A stretch of DNA of 64,000 bases from Squalus acanthias (Eukaryota). Every line of letters begins with the position of its first letter. The first letter of the stretch is position 1. The notes beneath the pieces are model-generated. The model was not told where the DNA came from. It saw only the letters and a program-made list of their open reading frames with translations, and ran no database searches. The stretch lies in contig JASTWF010000035.1 of NCBI GenBank assembly GCA_030390025.1, positions 558,001 to 622,000 of the forward strand, in the 5' to 3' direction. Shown in pieces: positions 57,312 to 64,000 of the stretch. A program made the translations under genes and the position numbers.

Positions 57312-59663
57312 TTACACGGTGCTCTCATCGTGCACGCGCACGTAACGTTCTCGCCACTCTCCCGTGTTTTCATGCTTGGTGAGGCGCTTGTCTCTTTTAC
57401 AATGTATGACCAATAGGTACACTACAATAAACACTTGACAGACGACTAAAATGTGGGAGGCTATTCTGATCCATGAAGGCACTTCAATATTGGTGAACAG
57501 ATTCCACCACGGTGGAACCACGATGTCCAAAATGTCTGTTCCTATTTCGACAGTTTTCTGCTCTAATGTATAAAAATGCTTCTGTGATACCGCGACGGCT
57601 TTCAGAAGTTTGGTTAAATGCTCAGGGAGAGGGGGAATGAGGTATCCAAAATGCGCGACAAATCGCTGCAAGTCGGTGAAATTCTCTTTTACTGTGAGGT
57701 GAACAGTGGATGGTTCAGGGATTGGGATAATTCGCTGTTGTGCTACTTGAACTTCAGCCCTGGGTTTAAAACAGAAACTGCTGTCACTCACCGGACACCG
57801 GCTACGGTTTCCATGCTGGTAGTGTTGCGCTGCAGTGGTAACACAATATGTTCCACCCCCGATGTATGCTACCTGCGGAGGCACATGATCTTGTGCCATT
57901 GCCTCCATGGTGCAATTCATGGACTTGGCGCCAGCCGTTCTGAACCCGCACTGTGGTGTTAAAAAGGCATTCAAGTGCTGGGGGCACAGTATTATGTGTG
58001 CTCCCCTGCCACGACAACCAGAGAGATCTGTACCTGTCATCGTTTGCTCCCAGCGGATGACGTAAGGTGGAACTGCTGCATAACGAATGTGGGCTCCCCC
58101 CTGAATGACACCAATGTTCTCTACCCGATACACCGGGGCGGGCTTTGCTGTGTTGCCCAAAACCGGCATGCGTAATACTATTCCCATAATAGTATGGTTT
58201 GAACGTCCGCAGTCCACGGGGACTGGGTAAGCTTCTGAAGCTAGCCTGAGCTGGCACGGACTTAATGCGTTCTGAAAAGGGTGGAGCGCCCGCAGGTGTT
58301 TGTTACTTATCCAGGACGGAACCAAACCTTGTTTTAAATCCTCCAAATTACTGCGGCCCTCGCCCAGTAACCACGCCCCGTAAAGCACGCACACCTCGTT
58401 CTGCGCAGCTTGATCGGATGCATTCCGATCTTCCCTGATCAGGGCATTTACCGTACGTGCATGTTTCTCCAGCTCTGCTATAATTTCCTTTAAATGGAGA
58501 GTCATGGCTTGGTCCTCGTGTAGACCTGACCCTACCACTTTATTCTCATCTGTTAGAATGTCTTTTAACTGTGTTTTTAAACCATTAATCTGGGTCTGCA
58601 GCTCCACACTGTCTAGAGCGTTGACCACAGATGTCCCTGTGTTAAAAGCAGTGAACGCATCGTTCACCAAACCCCTTCTTTGCCTCCCTACTTGATCCAA
58701 AACTTCCTGCGGTGCGGTGTACAAACTTGTCTTATCAATTTCTGCAAAATCAAACTCGTAAAATTGTCTGAACATCTTGGTCAACAGGACCTGATACAAC
58801 TGTTCCGTCTTTTTGGGGCACCACTCTGGTAACCGTACCTCAGTGAGATTTAAAATCACCGAGGCCACCGCGTAATGTACCCCCTGAAATAGTATCTGGT
58901 CTGTGGGGACCAGTACCAAACCGTTCCCGGGTCCCTTACTAGCTTTAGGGCACCCTTCTTCCTCAGCTAGAACCACCGGAATCGTGGGCGGGGCTTTGCG
59001 TGGGCGCGTAATGAGTTCAGTGGCATTTACTGGGATCGGGGAGAATGGGGCTCCGCACCCCCTGGTGCTCGCATCCCACCTCATCCCCTGTCCGTTATCC
59101 TGCCACTGATTAATAAAAAATATGGAGATGCCTTTGGGGCAAACGTACTTTGACCCCCACATACATACATAAATCCCCTCATCCGGTTCCCACCATTTGT
59201 CCCAACAGACTTTCACCTGTCCGTCTGTCCCCGTAATTGTCCGATGGGTATTATTACCCAGTCGTTCCCACTCGACCGAAGAGTTTCTCATAGTTTTGCT
59301 CAGCTTTCGCAGCCACCACCATCGGCTCAATGGGACATCCCCACTACAGGTCAAACAAATCCGTTTGCCGACGGTGACGCTGATCCTGGGTGCGATGATC
59401 CTTACTTTGGGGCACATTAAAGAAGTCTCTTTGTAGGCGAACCCCGATGTGCTGGAATACTCCGTTGAGTTCGTTCCCAGCCATCCTGGCCACCTTCCCT
59501 TGTGGAAATAGGTGCTGGTCCCCTCTGCCTTCCGTCTCCCGGTCCCATCCACCGCGATGGGGGCCGTGTCCCCGGAACATCCAAACACCACGACATCCTT
59601 GGTGTGGCCTCGATAGGCCAATCCACATCCGATTGCCACGAGCAATACTAGAATTCGTTCCAT
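57312..59663 (-). CDS. env: ERV-E Env, 783 aa, intact
   Basis: ATG at 59663; collinear with ERV-B and ERV-C Env. Confidence 0.9.
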   Translation of the reverse strand: MERILVLLVAIGCGLAYRGHTKDVVVFGCSGDTAPIAVDGTGRRKAEGTSTYFHKGRWPGWLGTNSTEYSSTSGFAYKETSLMCPKVRIIAPRISVTVGKRICLTCSGDVPLSRWWWLRKLSKTMRNSSVEWERLGNNTHRTITGTDGQVKVCWDKWWEPDEGIYVCMWGSKYVCPKGISIFFINQWQDNGQGMRWDASTRGCGAPFSPIPVNATELITRPRKAPPTIPVVLAEEEGCPKASKGPGNGLVLVPTDQILFQGVHYAVASVILNLTEVRLPEWCPKKTEQLYQVLLTKMFRQFYEFDFAEIDKTSLYTAPQEVLDQVGRQRRGLVNDAFTAFNTGTSVVNALDSVELQTQINGLKTQLKDILTDENKVVGSGLHEDQAMTLHLKEIIAELEKHARTVNALIREDRNASDQAAQNEVCVLYGAWLLGEGRSNLEDLKQGLVPSWISNKHLRALHPFQNALSPCQLRLASEAYPVPVDCGRSNHTIMGIVLRMPVLGNTAKPAPVYRVENIGVIQGGAHIRYAAVPPYVIRWEQTMTGTDLSGCRGRGAHIILCPQHLNAFLTPQCGFRTAGAKSMNCTMEAMAQDHVPPQVAYIGGGTYCVTTAAQHYQHGNRSRCPVSDSSFCFKPRAEVQVAQQRIIPIPEPSTVHLTVKENFTDLQRFVAHFGYLIPPLPEHLTKLLKAVAVSQKHFYTLEQKTVEIGTDILDIVVPPWWNLFTNIEVPSWIRIASHILVVCQVFIVVYLLVIHCKRDKRLTKHENTGEWRERYVRVHDESTV

Positions 59664-59946
59664 CCTTCCTTGGTTCCTGTGATCAGATAGAATGAGGTAG
59701 CCAGCCTCGCAAAAGTCTCTGGCTTTTGTGAAGGGTGAGCGGGTCCCCTGACCTCGCCTCACGTAAACTTCAACGTTTGCTGAATAGACTTCCTCTAAAC
59801 CTAGCCTTAAAATTCCCATCATTTTATCGTTTTCTGTTAAAAACACTACAAACTTAACCTTGAACTATAAACTTAAAACTTAACCTATAAACTTAAAACT
59901 TAAAACTAATAACTTTACAGTGCCGCCCGTTCTCAGGGCGGCCCCT

Positions 59947-62900
59947 TTAAATTCTGAGAAGGCTGCTGCGAGCTCTTCCCGACGGTGGGAGGGCACTGAC
60001 CCTTCCCTCTGATCTGCCGCAGCCTGTTGCTGCGCTGACCCTTCCCTCTGATCTGCCGCAGCCTGTTACTGCTGCGATGTGGCCTGTCTCTACCCGGGTT
60101 ATCTTAACCTGAAGTCTACGCCTTGGGGCAGTCTGGGGACATGACCACATCCTCCTGGGCTGGGGTTCTCTACTTGACCTACGGGGAGTTGCTATGGGCG
60201 GGGGTTCCGTGACGGACGGACCGGGTTCCGAGACCTCCAACGGGATGACCTGGGGTTCCATCACAGTCGCCGGCTCCGCCTCCGCTGACTCCGCCTCCCT
60301 AACCTCGGGGCTGGCAGTTCGTGGCTCCGCCCTGCTCGGCCCAGCAGGCGGCCCTTCACTCGTGATCTCTGCCTCCCCTGAGGACTGGACGTTCAAAGCG
60401 GGCGGCCACATCTCTGGGAGCCACATTGGTACTCTCTGTGCTCCTATAGCGGCTGGCCCTGCCTCCTCTAGCTCCTCCCTCCTGTCCTCGGGACCTGCAG
60501 CTTGTGTGTCCACCCCGTGTGGATCTCTACCTATCGGCCCCATTCCCCCCAGACCGTTCCTCAGGAACCACCCGTCATCATCACGATGCTCATCTGCACT
60601 ATCCTCATCTGACCAGGGTACCCTGGGTTCTTCGTCATCTAACCCCCAACTCCAGAAAAACGCTGCATGATCGTCCGGGATGTCCCTTCCCCTGATGCAA
60701 GCTGCTATGCCTGCCTGTGTGCCTTGTGGTCCTACCTGGGGCTGTGCTTTCCCATTGGCGGGATTTACCCCTGTAGTTTTCCCCTGCGCACCCGGCTGGT
60801 ACAGTTTGCATTGGTTTATGTGGAACCACTTAGTGCGCCGAGGCACTTTTACGGCGTAAACCATGGGACTCGCCTTGTCTACAATGTTGTAGGGTCCCAT
60901 ATACAGTGGTTCCAGACTCCCTACTCTGGCGTAGTTTCTGACCATGACCTGGTCTCCTACTTCCCACTCCCGCGTTTTGCGGGGTTCCAGCAACAAGCGA
61001 TTGCCCTGATGCTGCCTTCCCATGTTCCCAGCCGCCTGCTCATAAACTTGCTTCAGGCGCTCCAAGAGAGTCTGGGCGAACTTGTCCCTGCTTATCTCTT
61101 GAAGCTGACCCTCAGTGAGCACCGGGGCTAGCACATGGGTGGGGGTTCGCATGAGCCTGCCGGTCATTACCTCGTGCGGGGAGTACCCCGTACTTTTTGA
61201 CTGACTGGCCCGGACCCCCATGAGGACTAAAGGCAGAACTTCCGCCCATTTTTGGGGCGAGTTCCTAGTCTCTTTCCTCAATTTCTCCTTCAGGGTCCGG
61301 TTCATACGTTCAACAATCCCGGATGACTGGGGATTGTGTGCTACGTGCCACTTCCCTTCAATGCCCAAAAGCATGAGGGTGTTCTGCATCACCTGGCCGG
61401 TGAAATGACTCCCTTGGTCTGACTCCACGAAACGGGGGAGTCCCCACCGCGAGAACACTTCCCGGACCAAGATTTTTGCTGTACCCAGTGCCGTAGCTGT
61501 TCGACAAGGGAAGGCTTCCACCCACTTGGAAAACACATCCACCAGGACGAGGCAGTACTTATAACCTCCCTGGGTGGTGGGCAGGGGTCCTATATAGTCG
61601 ATCTGTATCGACTGCCATGGTCCCTCTACCCTTCTTACGTGTCCCATGGGCACCTTCCTTTTCTGGGGGTCTGGGTTGTTTGCAGCGCACACAAGACAGT
61701 TTGCACAGAACTCGCGGACTTGTTCCCTGAGCCCTGGCCACCATCCCGCTTGCTCTACCCGTTGCCAGGTAACCTCGGGCCCGGGGTGCCCTGCCCCTGG
61801 TCCCTCGTGAGCCAACTGGAGGAATTCCCTCCTGTGCTGCTGCGGCACAACCCACTGCTCCCCGCGGAACAGCATGCCTTCCTTAACTGAGAGGGTTGCC
61901 GTACTGTACGGACCTTCTACCTGCCTCCCCTCAGCAATCGTTTTTAGGACTGCTTTTAGGGCGGGATCCTGGGCTTGGACGGTCTTAAGGTCTAGGGGCA
62001 ATGCTACCCTGGTGTTCCTGGTATTCCCGTCCCCGCCTCGGACCGCTGCTATGGGTCCGGTCCTATAGGGGTTCCAGAAAGTGCCGTCGCGGGCACCCTC
62101 CCTGGCTAGAGCATCCGCCTGCCGGTTGCCCTCCCCACGGGGCTCTGTGGAGGAGTGAGCTTTCACCTTATGGATGAAAATCTCCCCTTCCTCCCCTACT
62201 GCTGCTGCTAAGATCTTTTCCAGCAAGGGCTTCACCGTTAAAGGTCGCCCGTCCGCGGAGGTGTATCCGCGGCGGGACCAAATGGCCAGGTATTCCGTAC
62301 ACGAATTGCAGGTGAACATACTGTCCGAGCAAATCGTGTATGGGGTTGGGAAAATGTCTGGGTGGGTCACCACGTACACCACGGCAGACAGCTCATCCTG
62401 CTGCGCGCTCATGGTGCTAGGGAGCTTGATCGCCAGGGCAAGGTCTGCCGCAGGGTCATAAACTCCACACCCTGTGAGTCGCTCGCCAGCAGACACTGTG
62501 CTAGATCCATCAACATAAATCTCGCGCCCAGTGGGATGTATCCCGGCCCGTAAACCTATGTTGACGTCCCACACCCCTTCCACCGAACACCGGTGGGCTG
62601 TACCGGGGTATACCAAATTGGCCGCAAGCCTGGGCTCGCAAAGACCTTTTACTCTAAGATCCAACTGGGAGAGAAGAAGGGTCCAACGCGCAATGCGTGC
62701 GCTGCTTACGGTCCCGTCTTTAATCCTCCCATCCAGAAGCATCTTAGTTGGTGTGTGATGTGTGAGGAGAGTGATGGGAGAGAGCCCTGTGAAGATCGCT
62801 GATCTTTTCACAGCCCAATGCGTGGCTAAAAGGTGCCTTTCGCAATTGGAGAAACTTCTCTCCACATCCGTTAATACCCTGGATGAATAGACAACCGGCC

Positions 62901-64000
62901 TCAGCTTGCCGTGACGCTCTTGGAGCAGCACGGCGCTTAAGCTGTCTCCGCTGGCAGCTACCTCCAGGAAAAACTCCTTCCCCCCATCTATGGCCCCTAA
63001 GGCTGGCGCGGTCTGCAGATCCCTTTTTAACTTCTCGAAGGCTGCTTGGCAGCCCTCGTCCCAAAGCCACTCCACCCCCTTATGGAGGAGTCGGAGGAGC
63101 GGCGCCGCTGTGGCCGCATAATCTTCGATAAAATCCCTGCAGTAACCGGTCAGTCCCAAGAAGGACCTCACACCCCTTACGTTGTTGGGAATCGGTAATT
63201 CTTGCACCGACTCCCTCCTTGCTTTGTCTATGGCTCTTTCCCCAGCGCGTAGGGTCAGTCCCAGGAATTTTACTTCCTGCTGACCGATACGTGCTTTCTT
63301 AGGGTTTACTTTAAAACCCTTTCTCGCTAACAGCTCCAATAACTCGTCCAGTAGTGGTCCGTGCTCCTCCCTTGAGTCCGTAAATAGGAGCAAATCATCC
63401 ACATACTGTACTATCTGATTGGGCTGACTAAACTCCTTTAAACTTCCTGCCATACACTGGTGAAAAATACTGGGGCTATTGTGGAAACCCTGTGGCAAAC
63501 AGTTCCACGTGTACTGTTGCCCTTTGAACGTAAAGGCAAACTTGTACTGGTCCTCTCGCCGCAGCGGGATGGACCAAAAACCGTTCGAGATATCCAGCAC
63601 CGTGAACGTGGTCGCGGACGCTGGGATGCTCCCTATTAGGTCAGCAACTGCTGCTACTGTGGGCGCGCAGGCGGGAATGTTACTGTTAAGGACTCTGTAG
63701 TCCACCGTGGCTCTCCACGAATTATCCGGCTTCCTGACCGGCCATAATGGGGAGTTCACGTGTGTGGCTATCGGCCTCAACACGCCCTGCTGCACCAAGG
63801 AAGACATTGCTGTCTCCATATCGGGTTCTGCTTCTTTGGGGAAGTTATACTGCTTTTGGGGTCGGGTCATGGGGTCCCCATCTACGCTGACCTCAAACCC
63901 GACCACCCTCCCACAATCGTGCTTGTGGGTTGCAAACGCGTGCATATTATCTGACACGTACGTTTGCATGTCCGTTGGGACATCTGCGACCATAAGCCTG
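59947..64000 (-). CDS. pol: ERV-E Pol, 5'-partial (RT, two RNase H domains, IN, tail)
   Basis: Open to the window edge; near-identical to ERV-B Pol. Confidence 0.92.
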   Translation of the reverse strand, partial: RLMVADVPTDMQTYVSDNMHAFATHKHDCGRVVGFEVSVDGDPMTRPQKQYNFPKEAEPDMETAMSSLVQQGVLRPIATHVNSPLWPVRKPDNSWRATVDYRVLNSNIPACAPTVAAVADLIGSIPASATTFTVLDISNGFWSIPLRREDQYKFAFTFKGQQYTWNCLPQGFHNSPSIFHQCMAGSLKEFSQPNQIVQYVDDLLLFTDSREEHGPLLDELLELLARKGFKVNPKKARIGQQEVKFLGLTLRAGERAIDKARRESVQELPIPNNVRGVRSFLGLTGYCRDFIEDYAATAAPLLRLLHKGVEWLWDEGCQAAFEKLKRDLQTAPALGAIDGGKEFFLEVAASGDSLSAVLLQERHGKLRPVVYSSRVLTDVERSFSNCERHLLATHWAVKRSAIFTGLSPITLLTHHTPTKMLLDGRIKDGTVSSARIARWTLLLSQLDLRVKGLCEPRLAANLVYPGTAHRCSVEGVWDVNIGLRAGIHPTGREIYVDGSSTVSAGERLTGCGVYDPAADLALAIKLPSTMSAQQDELSAVVYVVTHPDIFPTPYTICSDSMFTCNSCTEYLAIWSRRGYTSADGRPLTVKPLLEKILAAAVGEEGEIFIHKVKAHSSTEPRGEGNRQADALAREGARDGTFWNPYRTGPIAAVRGGDGNTRNTRVALPLDLKTVQAQDPALKAVLKTIAEGRQVEGPYSTATLSVKEGMLFRGEQWVVPQQHRREFLQLAHEGPGAGHPGPEVTWQRVEQAGWWPGLREQVREFCANCLVCAANNPDPQKRKVPMGHVRRVEGPWQSIQIDYIGPLPTTQGGYKYCLVLVDVFSKWVEAFPCRTATALGTAKILVREVFSRWGLPRFVESDQGSHFTGQVMQNTLMLLGIEGKWHVAHNPQSSGIVERMNRTLKEKLRKETRNSPQKWAEVLPLVLMGVRASQSKSTGYSPHEVMTGRLMRTPTHVLAPVLTEGQLQEISRDKFAQTLLERLKQVYEQAAGNMGRQHQGNRLLLEPRKTREWEVGDQVMVRNYARVGSLEPLYMGPYNIVDKASPMVYAVKVPRRTKWFHINQCKLYQPGAQGKTTGVNPANGKAQPQVGPQGTQAGIAACIRGRDIPDDHAAFFWSWGLDDEEPRVPWSDEDSADEHRDDDGWFLRNGLGGMGPIGRDPHGVDTQAAGPEDRREELEEAGPAAIGAQRVPMWLPEMWPPALNVQSSGEAEITSEGPPAGPSRAEPRTASPEVREAESAEAEPATVMEPQVIPLEVSEPGPSVTEPPPIATPRRSSREPQPRRMWSCPQTAPRRRLQVKITRVETGHIAAVTGCGRSEGRVSAATGCGRSEGRVSALPPSGRARSSLLRI

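Larger units (their letters stand above)
55213..64000 (-). mobile_element. ERV-E: autonomous-type provirus (3' LTR 55213-56888, env, pol), continues past the window
   Basis: LTR, PPT, open env and pol; inserted after ...gcccGTAG in ERV-D env. Confidence 0.92.

Overview
Vertebrate genomic DNA, most likely a shark or other cartilaginous fish (inferred from Deu-domain SINEs, CR1/L2 LINEs and Penelope-like ends). No host protein-coding gene is recognisable. Bases 1-~12.2 kb are ordinary interspersed repeats. From ~12.2 kb to the end is a nest of five proviruses of one endogenous retrovirus family, all on the minus strand, inserted into each other or into a 19-bp C/T-rich satellite. ERV-A (12199-30193) is decayed and 3'-deleted. 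ERV-B (14572-27430) is intact, with 1715-bp LTRs identical by eye and a GATC TSD, inside ERV-A gag. ERV-C (34027-43370, ACTC TSD) lacks pol. ERV-D starts at 52075; ERV-E starts at 55213 inside ERV-D env and runs off the window. The family looks lokiretrovirus-like: Env resembles a paramyxo/pneumovirus F protein and Pol has a degenerate plus an active RNase H. Further oddities: an Ig-like domain at the Env N-terminus, gag-pol joined in frame by UGA-CUAG, a gag AUG overlapping a tRNA-Arg PBS, and a ~270-aa low-complexity Pol tail. ERV-C keeps the readthrough and tail but replaces PR-RT-RH-IN with a Gag-like coiled-coil module. All family assignments are from motif recognition only; no searches were run.
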